Part shown: one piece after another, positions 16,354 through 26,148 of the stretch
How positions within the stretch are numbered: the first letter of the stretch is position 1
Layout of the letters: each line of letters begins with the position of its first letter
Source of the DNA: Methanomassiliicoccaceae archaeon UBA472
Lineage (GTDB): Archaea; Thermoplasmatota; Thermoplasmata; Methanomassiliicoccales; UBA472
Direction of reading: 5' to 3'
NCBI GenBank assembly: GCA_002497075.1
Contig: DAML01000012.1
Span: 42,903 to 106,902 of the forward strand
DNA length: 64,000 nucleotides
Notes under the pieces: model-generated
What the model was told of the DNA's origin: nothing
Databases searched by the model: none
Seen by the model: only the letters and a program-made list of their open reading frames with translations
Translations under genes and position numbers: made by a program

Positions 16354-18666
16354 ATGGCCCTGGACCACTTATTCTTCAAGCGCGACGTGCCCTTCCGCCT
16401 GGTGGAGATAGACCTGGCCAAGGCCACGGACGATGAGCTAAAGGTACTGAGCAAGGAGATGGGGTTATCCCTCTCTTTGGACGAGATGAAGCGCATACGC
16501 GATCATTTCGTTTCGCTTGGACGACGCCCCACGGACGTTGAGCTTGAGTCCATCGCCCAAGCCTGGAGCGAGCACTGCTGCTACAAGTCCTCCAAGGTCA
16601 TCCTGCGCGAACACATCTTTGGAATTGATAACGGCAAGGTTCTGTCGCGCGGCGACGCCGGGGTCATGGAGTTCGATGACGAGTACGGCTATGCGCTGAG
16701 GATAGAGAGCCACAATCATCCTTCGGCGATAGAGCCTTACGGCGGCGCGGCCACCGGCATCGGCGGCATCGTTCGTGACGTATTGTGTATGGGTGCGCAG
16801 CCAGTGGCGCTCATCGATCCGCTCTTCTTCGGCCCGATAGATTTTAAAGGCGAGCTGCCCGCCGGTTCCAAGACGCCTAAGTACCTGGTATCTGGGGTTG
16901 TCGCTGGAATACGTGATTACGGCAACCGCATCGGCATACCGACCGTCTGCGGCGGCCTGTACTTTGATGAATCGTACTTAGGCAACTGCCTGGTGAACGT
17001 CGGCTGCGTTGGAATCGTTAAAAAGAAGGACCTGCGCAACAACGCCGTCGGTGGCGTTGGCGATTACCTCATACTCTGCGGCGGGCGCACCGGCCGGGAC
17101 GGTATACACGGCGTCACATTCGCTTCCGCTGAGCTGAGCTCCAAGTCCGAGGATGAGAGCCGCGGGGCGGTTCAGCTCGGCGATCCGATAACCAAGGAGC
17201 CGCTCATTCATGCTTGCTTAGAGGTCAACTCGCTCGGACTCATCAATGGGATGAAGGATCTGGGTGGCGGAGGACTTTCCTGCGTGGTCGGTGAGATGGC
17301 CCTGTCCGGAGGATGCGGCGCCGAGGTCGATCTGGATAAAGTTCCGTTAAAGGAAAGCGGTCTGGCCCCCTGGGAAGTTTGGGTCTCCGAATCGCAGGAG
17401 CGCATGATGCTCGCGGCGTCCGAAGAGAACGTCGAACGCATCCTGGACCTGTTCGCCATGTGGGACGTGGACGCCACCGTTATCGGTAAGGTCGTTCCTG
17501 GCAATCGTGTCACTCTGAAATGGCTTGGAGTACAGGTCTTCCAGGTGGACCTGGAGTTCCTGACCAAGGGACCGGAGTATTGCAGGCCGTGCAAGATCGA
17601 GACCCCTTCCAAGACCATCAAGGAAGAGAGGCCGCTGCTGCCGGATACGAAGACGGTTCTCCTGGACCTGCTGGCCGACCCGAACATAGCCAGCAAGGAG
17701 TGGGTGTTCCGCATGTACGATCACGAGGTGCGTGGCGGCACCGTCATCAAGCCGGCCTCCGGCGTGATGAACAAGGGCGGTCCCTCGGACGCCATGGTCA
17801 TCAAGCCCCTGCCGGACCGGGAGAGGGGATTGGCACTGGCCATCGGAGTTAACCCCTGGTTCTGCGGGCTGGACGCTTACCGCGGAGGCATGGCCTCGAT
17901 AGATGAGGCGTGCCGCAACATCATCGCCGTGGGCGGCTATCCTGACTCGTTCACGGACTGCCTAAACTTCGGCAACCCGGAGAAGCCTGAGCGCCTCGGG
18001 GAGCTGAAGCAGGCCGTGGCCGGGATGGGCGATCTGGCTAGGTTCCTGAACCTGCCGGTCCCGTCCGGGAACGTTTCCCTGTACAACGAAACTTCCCGCG
18101 GTTCAGTGCTCCCCACGCCGACCGTGCTCGGCCTGGGCATAGTGGAGGACGTGCGCAAGTGCGTCACCACCGACCTGAAGAAGGAGGGCAACCTGCTCTA
18201 CCTGGTCGGGGAGACCAAGGAGGAGTTCGGCGGTTCGGCCGTCTACCGCAGATATGGCGGAAAGGGCGGCGTCGTCCCGGAGGTGGTCCCGGAACGGTTG
18301 AAACGGTCAATGGACGAGATGCACACCGCCATGCAGAAAGGGCTGATCAGGTCCTGCCACGACGTCTCCGACGGCGGTATCGCCGTGGCCGTCGCCGAGA
18401 TGTGCCTGGGCGGCAACATTGGCGCTCACGTGAGCACTGGTTACGACCGCTGGTACCTGTTCTCGGAGAGCAGCACCCGCTGGATCGTGGAGATCGAGCC
18501 GTCCAAGAAAAAAGAGTTCCTGGCCAGCATGACCGTGCCGGTGATGGAGCTTGGGAAGGTAGGCGGCAGGTCCCTGCGCGTCAAGGACCGCTGCATGCTT
18601 GTCAACGTGAGCTTGAACGAAATGAGAAAGGCCTGGAGCGGCGCGCTCCCGAAGCTGATGGGGTGA
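16354..18666 (+). CDS. purL: phosphoribosylformylglycinamidine synthase subunit PurL
   Basis: ESHNHPSAIEPYGGAATG motif. Start at ATG 16354, 6 nt after the purS stop; the track ORF begins earlier in the overlap. Confidence 0.93.
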   Translation: MALDHLFFKRDVPFRLVEIDLAKATDDELKVLSKEMGLSLSLDEMKRIRDHFVSLGRRPTDVELESIAQAWSEHCCYKSSKVILREHIFGIDNGKVLSRGDAGVMEFDDEYGYALRIESHNHPSAIEPYGGAATGIGGIVRDVLCMGAQPVALIDPLFFGPIDFKGELPAGSKTPKYLVSGVVAGIRDYGNRIGIPTVCGGLYFDESYLGNCLVNVGCVGIVKKKDLRNNAVGGVGDYLILCGGRTGRDGIHGVTFASAELSSKSEDESRGAVQLGDPITKEPLIHACLEVNSLGLINGMKDLGGGGLSCVVGEMALSGGCGAEVDLDKVPLKESGLAPWEVWVSESQERMMLAASEENVERILDLFAMWDVDATVIGKVVPGNRVTLKWLGVQVFQVDLEFLTKGPEYCRPCKIETPSKTIKEERPLLPDTKTVLLDLLADPNIASKEWVFRMYDHEVRGGTVIKPASGVMNKGGPSDAMVIKPLPDRERGLALAIGVNPWFCGLDAYRGGMASIDEACRNIIAVGGYPDSFTDCLNFGNPEKPERLGELKQAVAGMGDLARFLNLPVPSGNVSLYNETSRGSVLPTPTVLGLGIVEDVRKCVTTDLKKEGNLLYLVGETKEEFGGSAVYRRYGGKGGVVPEVVPERLKRSMDEMHTAMQKGLIRSCHDVSDGGIAVAVAEMCLGGNIGAHVSTGYDRWYLFSESSTRWIVEIEPSKKKEFLASMTVPVMELGKVGGRSLRVKDRCMLVNVSLNEMRKAWSGALPKLMG

Positions 18667-18670
18667 ACAG

Positions 18671-19486
18671 ATGAAGGACGTCAAGGTCTGCGTGCTAAGG
18701 ATAGAGGGTACGAACTGCGAGGACGAGGCCGCACATGCCTTCGCCTCCGTCGGAGCGTCCCCGGAGAAGGTTCACCTGAAGCAGCTGCTCGGTCAATGTC
18801 CGGCCGACCTGAAACGCGATCTGGGCAGCTATGACATCCTGATGCTTCCAGGAGGTTTCTCCGCCGGCGATTACGTGCGCGCCGGGGCGATATTCGCGGC
18901 GCGCATGAAGAGCGGGCTGAAGAAGGACATCGTTCGGTTCGTGGAAGACGGGAAGCCAGTGCTCGGCGTCTGCAACGGATTCCAGATACTGGTGGAGCTG
19001 GGATTGCTCCCGGCCATGGACGGCACCATGTCCGAGGCGCCGGAGGCGGCTCTTTACACCAATGATTCCGGGCGTTTCGAATGCCGGCCCACATTGCTCA
19101 GGCAGGAGAAGAAGGGGAAGAGCGTCTTCACCTCACGCATCCCGAAAGGCTCGGTCGTGATGTACCCGTCCGCCCACGCGGAAGGGAAGCTCATGTTCCC
19201 CCAGTCCAAGCAGAGCAAGATGCTGAATAAGCTTCTCGATAACGACCAGGTCATGTTCCGCTACGTTGATCCGGAGGGGGAGTACGCCGGATACCCCTGG
19301 TGCCCGAACGGCTCGCTGTACAACATCGCCGGGATATGCAATCCCGCCGGGAACGTGTTGGGCATGATGCCCCATCCCGAACGGGTGCTGAAAAGGGAGA
19401 CGCACCCTGATTGGACGAGGGCGAAGTGGAAGGAGGACGGCGACGGGCTGTCCATCTTCCGTTCCGCCGTGAACAGCGTGAAGTGA
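18671..19486 (+). CDS. purQ: phosphoribosylformylglycinamidine synthase subunit PurQ (glutaminase)
   Basis: Catalytic GVCNGFQ and C-terminal MMPHPER motifs. Confidence 0.93.
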   Translation: MKDVKVCVLRIEGTNCEDEAAHAFASVGASPEKVHLKQLLGQCPADLKRDLGSYDILMLPGGFSAGDYVRAGAIFAARMKSGLKKDIVRFVEDGKPVLGVCNGFQILVELGLLPAMDGTMSEAPEAALYTNDSGRFECRPTLLRQEKKGKSVFTSRIPKGSVVMYPSAHAEGKLMFPQSKQSKMLNKLLDNDQVMFRYVDPEGEYAGYPWCPNGSLYNIAGICNPAGNVLGMMPHPERVLKRETHPDWTRAKWKEDGDGLSIFRSAVNSVK

Positions 19487-20170
19487 TCAGAAGTTGAGGT
19501 GGATGCGGACCTCGATCAGGTCCCCGTCCTCCAGTCCGAGCGTCCGACGCAGGTGGAACTTGCAGACCACTTCCAGCACGTCCTCGTAGTGCGATCTCCG
19601 CGGTAAAACGACCGCGCACTCTATGTTCTGGATGCTGGCCGGGATGCAATGCACGTCGCCGAACGTCCGCCCGTTGCGCTCGAACCCCTTGATGTCGATG
19701 GTTCGTCCGTTGCGCAGGGTGTCCAGCTTGTGATGCTCGGTCGGGAGAAGTTTCACGTTGAGCGTTCCCTCGTAAGGCTTGAAGCCCAGTTTCTCCACGA
19801 ACTGCTCCATGTAGCCCGATTGCGTCACGTAGTACTGGCCTTCGCCCATGCCCTCGACGACGGTGCCCTTGATCACCAGCTCGTCCTTCATCTCGAATAT
19901 CTTCTGGTACTCGATGTACTCCTTGCGCAGCATGTCCGACCCCTTGGAGGTTATGCGGATGCGCTGCCTTCGAGCGCCAAGGTCCCGCTCGATGAGATTC
20001 CCGTCCAGGAGCTCCAGGATACGTTTCGACGCCGACTGCTGGGACATGTCCAGCATGTCCCCGAGCTCCCTAGATGAAAGGGCGACGTAATCGTGCAATC
20101 CCCCCATGAGCGCGATGCGCCTGAGGGCGGTAACGAACTTCTCGTCGTTCTCTGGCTCCAAAGGTAACAA
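19487..20170 (-). CDS. ribK: archaeal-type (CTP-dependent family) riboflavin kinase fused to an N-terminal wHTH (RbkR-type bifunctional kinase/regulator)
   Basis: C-terminal archaeal RibK motifs (PYEGTLNVKL, GDVHCIPA) and an N-terminal wHTH (SSRELGDMLDMSQQSASKRILELLDGNLIE). The track start is TTG, so the start is uncertain. Confidence 0.8.
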   Translation of the reverse strand: MLPLEPENDEKFVTALRRIALMGGLHDYVALSSRELGDMLDMSQQSASKRILELLDGNLIERDLGARRQRIRITSKGSDMLRKEYIEYQKIFEMKDELVIKGTVVEGMGEGQYYVTQSGYMEQFVEKLGFKPYEGTLNVKLLPTEHHKLDTLRNGRTIDIKGFERNGRTFGDVHCIPASIQNIECAVVLPRRSHYEDVLEVVCKFHLRRTLGLEDGDLIEVRIHLNF

Positions 20171-20187
20171 CTCCCCGACCTGCTACT

Positions 20188-20242
20188 CCGTAATCCGTAA
20201 TAGATTACTTTCCTGGTTATCGCTTATCTCCATTAATAGATT
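20188..20242. promoter_or_regulatory. repeat cluster in the ribK(RbkR-type)/DUF2099 divergent intergenic region
   Basis: Tandem heptamer CCGTAAT CCGTAAT (20188-20201). The exact 9-mer TAATAGATT occurs twice (20198-20206 and 20234-20242). Confidence 0.35.
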
Positions 20243-20290
20243 GCTAGGCGGGCGCAGGATTGATATCGCCTCATCCCTTTCCCGAGCGTG

Positions 20291-21115
20291 ATGACGAAGG
20301 ACCGGCATGTCATGGAAGTCCTTGGACTGTCCAGGGTGGTCGTGGAGAACGGTGTTGTGGTCGATGTGAGCGAACCACGGGTCGAGTTCTGCCCCCTTTT
20401 CTACAAGCACCGGGGCATCGAGAAGCTGACCAAGGAAAGCATACGCGAGAACGTGGAGTTCCGCATTAGGGACTTCGGCATCTTCACCGAACGAAGGGAG
20501 ATGCGCATGAAGGACTTCCTGAGCTTCGGCATCTCCGAGATCATGAGCATGTGCGTTACCAAAGGGATATTGGACTGTTCAGTGTGCGTCTGCGATGGTT
20601 CCGGCACGGCCGTGGTGGAAGACCCGGAGCTCATTCAGGGCATAGGCGGAAGGATCTCCGGCATCGTGGAGACCACCCCGCTGCAGAAGGTCATTAATGA
20701 GATAGGCCGGGACCGCGTCCTCGACCCGCATACGGCGAGGATCGACCAAGTGGCCGGAACCCGCAAGGCATGGGACATGGGCTACCGGAAGATAGGTGTC
20801 ACCGTGGTCAGGGGCAACGAGGCGGCCCTCCTGAGGAAGGAGTTCGGTGAACATGTGGTGCTCTTCGCCGTTCACACGTCCGGCGTAACGGAAGAGGACG
20901 CCAAGGTCCTTTATGAGAACTGCGACATCGTGACCGCTTGCGCCTCCAAGCCGATGTGGGAACTCGGCAAGAAACGGGGCGCCGAGCAGATCGGGACCAA
21001 GGTGCCGGTCTTTGCGATCACCGCCCGCGGAAAGGAGATCTGCGATATCAGGCTGAAGCAGATAAATAAGGAGGCAAGGAGCGGACCTGACGATCCCGCC
21101 CGGCCGCTGATCTGA
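20291..21115 (+). CDS. DUF2099-family protein (methanogenesis marker 8-like)
   Basis: The N-terminus HVMEVLGLSRVVVENGVVVDVSEPRVEFCPLFYKHRGI matches my memory of the DUF2099/marker-8 family (unverified). ATG 20291 follows GTG 20288. Confidence 0.55.
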   Translation: MTKDRHVMEVLGLSRVVVENGVVVDVSEPRVEFCPLFYKHRGIEKLTKESIRENVEFRIRDFGIFTERREMRMKDFLSFGISEIMSMCVTKGILDCSVCVCDGSGTAVVEDPELIQGIGGRISGIVETTPLQKVINEIGRDRVLDPHTARIDQVAGTRKAWDMGYRKIGVTVVRGNEAALLRKEFGEHVVLFAVHTSGVTEEDAKVLYENCDIVTACASKPMWELGKKRGAEQIGTKVPVFAITARGKEICDIRLKQINKEARSGPDDPARPLI

Positions 21116-21469
21116 TCATTCCTCTATGACCAGACGCTTTCGTGAGCGCAGGAAGATGGCGCGAACGCCTTCCTGCCTCATTTTACGCCTAAGAATGTAA
21201 TCGTTGGTGACCACCATGGCCCCCAAAGCTTTAGCCACTTCGAGCACGCCGGCGTCGCCCTGGGTGGACGTTTCGTAGCGGATGTACTTTCCGGCCAGCT
21301 TCAGGGCGACCTGGGCATGCTTGCTATCGGAACGTTTCAATTCGCCGATGACCGGCCCCGGAACGTACGCTTCGAACTCCCCGAAAAGGTTCGCCAGCTC
21401 CAGGTCCAAGTTCATCTTGAACTCGAAGGGCATGAGAAGCGCGTTGGTGTCCAGGACCACCTTCTGCAT
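21116..21469 (-). CDS. PIN-domain protein (Fcf1/COG1412-like), usual neighbour of aIF2-gamma
   Basis: VVLDTNALL N-terminal acidic motif, VVTNDYIL near the C-terminus, 117 aa. It lies 6 nt downstream of the aIF2-gamma gene. Confidence 0.75.
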   Translation of the reverse strand: MQKVVLDTNALLMPFEFKMNLDLELANLFGEFEAYVPGPVIGELKRSDSKHAQVALKLAGKYIRYETSTQGDAGVLEVAKALGAMVVTNDYILRRKMRQEGVRAIFLRSRKRLVIEE

Positions 21470-21475
21470 GAAGCC

Positions 21476-22705
21476 TCACTCTACGATGCCGTAGCCGATG
21501 AGACGCCACTTGTTGGCGATCTTGCGGGAGACGGCCACTCGCTGACCTATCTCGGCGCAGACCGGGATCTTCAATGCGACCTCGGACTGGTTGCCGCGGG
21601 CGCTGGTGACCAATCCGACCGTCGTCGCGGTCCCGATGCTCAGCATCAGTGGCTCGTTGGTCTTGATGTTCTCCACCACCATATCATCGCTGGTACCGAC
21701 GACGCGCTCCAGCAGGTGGGTGGTCATCTTGAACTTGAAGTGGACCTCGGGAAGCGTTCCGGGCTTGCCTACGACCCGCCCGGTGAGACCATCGGACTTG
21801 GTCATCGAGGGATCGAGCTTGGTGCCTATGGCCACCAGGCCGCCCGGCTTTATCTTGTTCACGGGGCCGCCGCCGGTGTGCAGCGACTCGACCGTGGTGG
21901 TGATGGTCTCCCAGGTGAACTTGCCGCCCGGCTGTTCGACCTTGCGGCCGGGAGATATCTCGATCTCGTCCCCGACCTTCAGTATGCCCTGCATCAACGT
22001 ACCGCCGAGCACGCCGCCCTTAAGGTCCTCTATGGACATGCCTGGTTGGTTTATATCGAAGGAGCGGGCCACGAACAGCCTGGCCGACTTCTTCTCGTCG
22101 TGCTTCTTGGTCGGGATGTACTTCTGGATGGCGTCGATCAGCTTGTCGATGTTGACGTCATGATGAGCGGAAACCGGAATGATCGGCGCGTTCTCGGCGA
22201 TAGTGCCCTTGACGAACTTCTTAATCTGGTTGTAGTTCGCCATGGCCTCGTCGCGGGTGACGATGTCGATCTTGTTCTGAACGATGATGATGTTCTCCAC
22301 CCCGATGATGGAGAGCGCCATTAGATGCTCCTTGGTCTGCGGCTGCGGGCATTCCTCATTGGCGGCGACGAGCAGAAGCGCGCCATCCATCATGGCCGCT
22401 CCGGAGAGCATGGTGGCCATTAACGTCTCGTGCCCGGGAGCGTCGACGAAGGATACGGAGCGAACGAACTCCGCCTCGCCTCCGCATACCTTGCAAGTGG
22501 TGGCGTTGGAGTAGGTCTCCTCGCACTTCTTGCACTTGTAGAAAGATACGTCCGCGTAACCCAGCCTGATGGAGATGCCCCTCTTGATCTCTTCAGAGTG
22601 GCGGTCGGTCCAGTCACCGGAAAGGGCCTTGGTCAGCGTGGTCTTGCCGTGGTCCACGTGACCGATCATCCCGATGTTGACCTCAGGCTGGCGGGACACC
22701 TTCAT
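21476..22705 (-). CDS. eif2g: translation initiation factor aIF2 gamma subunit
   Basis: [10 protein letters not shown]1 motif and zinc knuckle CKKCEETY...CKVCGGE; 409 aa. Confidence 0.95.
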   Translation of the reverse strand: MKVSRQPEVNIGMIGHVDHGKTTLTKALSGDWTDRHSEEIKRGISIRLGYADVSFYKCKKCEETYSNATTCKVCGGEAEFVRSVSFVDAPGHETLMATMLSGAAMMDGALLLVAANEECPQPQTKEHLMALSIIGVENIIIVQNKIDIVTRDEAMANYNQIKKFVKGTIAENAPIIPVSAHHDVNIDKLIDAIQKYIPTKKHDEKKSARLFVARSFDINQPGMSIEDLKGGVLGGTLMQGILKVGDEIEISPGRKVEQPGGKFTWETITTTVESLHTGGGPVNKIKPGGLVAIGTKLDPSMTKSDGLTGRVVGKPGTLPEVHFKFKMTTHLLERVVGTSDDMVVENIKTNEPLMLSIGTATTVGLVTSARGNQSEVALKIPVCAEIGQRVAVSRKIANKWRLIGYGIVE

Positions 22706-23100
22706 TTCTTCTTCTCCTCTTTCTTCGGGACCAGTTCCTCGACCGCCTTGGGGCCCTGAGAAACGATCTTCATGTTTATCTGGACGGTGTCGGTGGCGAC
22801 GGAGTGGCCGCGCACGGACTTTCTCCTCCGCAGGCCGCCCTCAGTGGTGTAGAAGCCGGTGCTGGTGGTCAGCAGGAGCTTCTTCCGGCGCGGTCCGGGC
22901 AGGTCCTTCCTCATGGCGAAACCGTCCTTGTCGCTTCCGCCAGTGATCGTAAGCTTGTAGCCAGGCAGCCCTACGAAGATGCCATCTATGGTGTCGCCTA
23001 TCTTCTTCCCTATCAGGGAGTTGGCGTGATGTCCAGACACCGGGACATTGTAGGACTTGCCGGATTTCATGTCGTTAACAACGGCCTTGAATTCAACCAT
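22702..23100 (-). CDS. rps6e: 30S ribosomal protein S6e
   Basis: [19 protein letters not shown]...[11 protein letters not shown]. Start set to ATG 23100. The stop overlaps the aIF2-gamma start (ATGA). Confidence 0.9.
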   Translation of the reverse strand: MVEFKAVVNDMKSGKSYNVPVSGHHANSLIGKKIGDTIDGIFVGLPGYKLTITGGSDKDGFAMRKDLPGPRRKKLLLTTSTGFYTTEGGLRRRKSVRGHSVATDTVQINMKIVSQGPKAVEELVPKKEEKKK

Positions 23101-23192
23101 ACTAAACACCTTTTGAGCGTTATGAGTATTGCGCCCTAATGTAGTACCGCTTAAATAATTATTGGTCAGGTGCAAGGGTGTGTGGCAGGCCT

Positions 23193-24392
23193 TCAGCAGC
23201 GCTTGACCTTAATGTCCCGGCCACTGCCCCTGACGAGCCCTTTGAATGCATTCAGCGGGTCGTCCTCCAGAGAGCTCAGGGAACACGTCAGGTCGTCTGG
23301 CGAGACCAGTTCGTTCATGACCGCGCCTGACAGCAATGAGCGCATCCTTCCGTCCAGACCGTCCGAGGACCACAGCTCGACCAGGGTGTCCCTGAGAACC
23401 GCCCCCATCATCAGCTGGTCGGCCATTTTCTCCACCAGGTCCTCCTCGTACTTCTGTTCCCTCCCTTGAGAGAGCAGGGCGGCGTGCTTTCCGGCCAGGC
23501 CGCCGCATATGTATGACGGCATTATTCCCTCTCCAACGAAAGCCAGGGTCTGGCCGGCGGCGTCGCCGCAGAACAGCACGTTGCCGCGCACCGGCCCTCC
23601 CAGGAAACCGGGCACAGGGGCGTCGCCTATCTTGACCTCCAGCACCTTGTCCACGTCAAAGTAACGCGAGACGACCGGATGTCCGGTGATCCAATCCTCC
23701 AGGAAGGAGCGGCGGGAGGCGTTCACTCCAACGAGTCCGACACCGACGTTCGCCCTTCTCTTTCCCTTGGGGATTATCCACCCGTAACCAAGGCCGATCT
23801 CCTGCTCGATGAATATCTGCATGCACTGCGGAATGTCCTTCTTGGCCACCAGTTCGAACTCCACGCCGCGGGCGACGTCCTTCGGCGAGAAGAACTCCGC
23901 CTTCAGCTCCTTGGAAAGAGTGGAATGCACCCCGTCCGCGGCGACGATAGCCTTTGGCGAAAGCTCGACCTCGTCCCCATGGTGACTGAGCAGACATTTG
24001 CTCACCTTATCTCCGTCCATCTTCACTGACAGGAGCTTGGTGTCCGCCTGGACGGCAGATCCGGCGGAAGCTGCCCGAAAAGCCAGATGCTTATCGAATA
24101 TCTTGCGCTCCACGGTAACCCCACGCCAGTATGGTTCGAAGTTGTCGATGGTTATCTCTCGGCCGAGCACGAAGCGGGTGAATGCCTGCCTCGATACTAT
24201 GGCGTTCGCCGGGATCCTCGTTCCGGAGCGCTTGACCAGGTCCAACCCGATGACCTCGCCGCACTGCACCGGCGTCCCGATCTCCTTCTTCTTGTCGACC
24301 ATCAGGGTTTTTACGCCTGCAAGCGCCGAAGCGCGGGCCGCCCCGCTGCCGGCCGGGCCGGCACCAACCACCAGAACGTCACACTCTTTCAT
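23193..24392 (-). CDS. geranylgeranyl reductase-family flavoprotein (paralogue 1)
   Basis: DVLVVGAGPAGS FAD fold, PVQCGE motif, GDAAG. Start at ATG 24392, 1 nt after the stop of the upstream paralogue. Confidence 0.8.
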   Translation of the reverse strand: MKECDVLVVGAGPAGSGAARASALAGVKTLMVDKKKEIGTPVQCGEVIGLDLVKRSGTRIPANAIVSRQAFTRFVLGREITIDNFEPYWRGVTVERKIFDKHLAFRAASAGSAVQADTKLLSVKMDGDKVSKCLLSHHGDEVELSPKAIVAADGVHSTLSKELKAEFFSPKDVARGVEFELVAKKDIPQCMQIFIEQEIGLGYGWIIPKGKRRANVGVGLVGVNASRRSFLEDWITGHPVVSRYFDVDKVLEVKIGDAPVPGFLGGPVRGNVLFCGDAAGQTLAFVGEGIMPSYICGGLAGKHAALLSQGREQKYEEDLVEKMADQLMMGAVLRDTLVELWSSDGLDGRMRSLLSGAVMNELVSPDDLTCSLSSLEDDPLNAFKGLVRGSGRDIKVKRC

Positions 24393-24393
24393 G

Positions 24394-25428
24394 TCACCAG
24401 CCCCATTTCGCGCCAAGTTCGTATGCGCGATAGAGTTCCCGATATTTTTTACCGCTCAGCATCGCCAATGCTCCGGAGATCTTGCCGTACCCTTTCCGGA
24501 ACGGCCGCACTGAGCGGAACAGCTCGGCATTGTCCATTCCCCGTAACGAATCGAAGGCCTTAACGTACGCGGGCGAGGCGTATGGAGATCGCGGCCATTT
24601 CCGCGCGTACCCCTCCAGGCCGCCTTTCACGATGGCCTCCGCGGCCATCTTGGCCGCGGCCATGCCGATGCGGATCCCGCCGAAGGTGATAGGATTGGCT
24701 TGCCCAGCGGCGTCGCCGATAAGGCAGGCGTTTCCGTTCACCACCTGATCGTAACCGTAAGGTATTGGCCGCCCGTGCCTTTCCAGGAACTGTGGCCTCT
24801 CGTCCGCTCCGCGGGTGAAGCCGACGCGCTTCCCCCATACATGCGGGAACTCCCAGCGGTACCCGCCCCGGTACCTCTGATCGTAGAAGAAGTGCATGGC
24901 GTCCTTGTCCATTGTTCCGTCCGTGATGAACTGCTCGGCCCACAGCAGCCGCGGCCCTCCCTGGAACAACGTCCGCCGCACCAGCGAGTTCCAGCCGTCC
25001 GCTCCCACCAGATGACTGGCGAAGAACTCCCGGCCGTCCTTTGTTCTTACCAGGTAACCGTCCGACCGCTTGGATATCTCCATGGCCGCCCCTACCTCCA
25101 TGTGGCAGCCTTCCTTCTTCGCCCGCTGAAGCAGGTGACGGAGGAACTCCGGGCGATCGACGATGAGACCGTCCGTATCCGTCTCGATCGTCACGTCGCC
25201 AGGCCAATGCTCCACCGCCCGGCGTATCCGGAACTGCACGGCGTGCGGCTCCAGGGGGGCCAGGTCCTTGAAGGTGCTTGTGCTCAGGGCCTCGCCGCAC
25301 ATGCGGTGATACTTGCCATAGTTCTTGTCCAGCTTCTCCAAGGAGAGCACGCTGAGCTTCTTCTCGCTAAAGTAAGGCAAAAAGAAAGCCGCGGCGGCTC
25401 CGGCCGGACCGGCGCCGATGATCAGCAC
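24394..25428 (-). CDS. geranylgeranyl reductase-like FAD-dependent oxidoreductase (paralogue 2)
   Basis: (V)LIIGAGPAGAAAA, MCGEALS, IGDAAGQANP. GTG start 1 nt after the upstream stop. Confidence 0.75.
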   Translation of the reverse strand: MLIIGAGPAGAAAAFFLPYFSEKKLSVLSLEKLDKNYGKYHRMCGEALSTSTFKDLAPLEPHAVQFRIRRAVEHWPGDVTIETDTDGLIVDRPEFLRHLLQRAKKEGCHMEVGAAMEISKRSDGYLVRTKDGREFFASHLVGADGWNSLVRRTLFQGGPRLLWAEQFITDGTMDKDAMHFFYDQRYRGGYRWEFPHVWGKRVGFTRGADERPQFLERHGRPIPYGYDQVVNGNACLIGDAAGQANPITFGGIRIGMAAAKMAAEAIVKGGLEGYARKWPRSPYASPAYVKAFDSLRGMDNAELFRSVRPFRKGYGKISGALAMLSGKKYRELYRAYELGAKWGW

Positions 25429-25429
25429 G

Positions 25430-26092
25430 TCATGCTTCTCGACGGCCTATCCCCCCTGAGAGGCTTATCTGTTCCACGAACGAGTATCCGGTGTCGAAAC
25501 CCAGGAACGCTATGAAATAGAGCAAGGTCGGCAGCGCCCCCATCACGCAGAGCACGAGAACAGCGACCTTGAGCACCGGCCTTTCCTTGAGCACCATGGA
25601 CAGTGTTCCCCCGTCCATCTGGTCCCCCCGGTCGCTGAGCACTTCGTCGGCGAAGGCGGCCACCATGACCGCCAACGCACCGACCAGATGGAAGGGGTTG
25701 CCGTTCAGGACCGCCAGCACCGCGATGGAGCCGGCGACCACGAAGCCAAGCTTGAAGGCGATGTTGTCGTACTTGGAGGCGATCAGCAAGGCCAGCAGCA
25801 GACCGATGAAGATGGTCGCCGAGCCTTCGTCCAGGAATATCAAGGCTCCCATGAGCAGCCCGATCGGAACGGAGAGCAATATGGCCTTGCGCTTGCTGCC
25901 GATGTTCAGATCGAAAACCTGGTCGCCGTACTTGATGGCCATGCCTAAGGTGACGAAGGCGAACGGTATGAGAAGATGATGGTGCAGCGGCACCTCGCGG
26001 GAGAACCAGGTATAGGTCCAGGCGACAAGGATCAGGATGACGGTCAGGGAGAAGTACAGTTTGGCCCTGTTGTTCCATCCCCTGCTCCTCAT
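25430..26092 (-). CDS. polytopic membrane protein, hypothetical; first gene of the GGR/S6e/aIF2-gamma string
   Basis: About 6-7 hydrophobic helices; no motif recognised. A TATA-like box (cgcttatttatagc) lies 36-49 nt upstream. Confidence 0.55.
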   Translation of the reverse strand: MRSRGWNNRAKLYFSLTVILILVAWTYTWFSREVPLHHHLLIPFAFVTLGMAIKYGDQVFDLNIGSKRKAILLSVPIGLLMGALIFLDEGSATIFIGLLLALLIASKYDNIAFKLGFVVAGSIAVLAVLNGNPFHLVGALAVMVAAFADEVLSDRGDQMDGGTLSMVLKERPVLKVAVLVLCVMGALPTLLYFIAFLGFDTGYSFVEQISLSGGIGRREA

Positions 26093-26127
26093 TGTGTTCC
26101 ACCGTGCCCTCTGACAAATGCCACCTA

Positions 26128-26141
26128 GCTATAAATAAGCG
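26128..26141 (-). promoter_or_regulatory. TATA-like box (CGCTTATTTATAGC) for the membrane protein / GGR / S6e / aIF2-gamma string
   Basis: Same CTTATTTAT core as the prs/HerA boxes. Lies 36-49 nt upstream of ATG 26092 and 8 nt after the ALDH stop. Confidence 0.4.
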
Positions 26142-26148
26142 TCCTTTC

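Noticed and set aside
20288-20294. Exact box C consensus GUGAUGA, suggesting a C/D box sRNA
   Set aside because: No box D (CUGA) or C'/D' elements at an appropriate distance downstream. The sequence is simply GTG+ATG+A at the start of the DUF2099-like gene.
21317-22324. 335-aa ORF on the plus strand
   Set aside because: Entirely antisense to the aIF2-gamma gene, with low-complexity Gly/Asp/Leu/His-rich translation. GC-rich antisense artefact.
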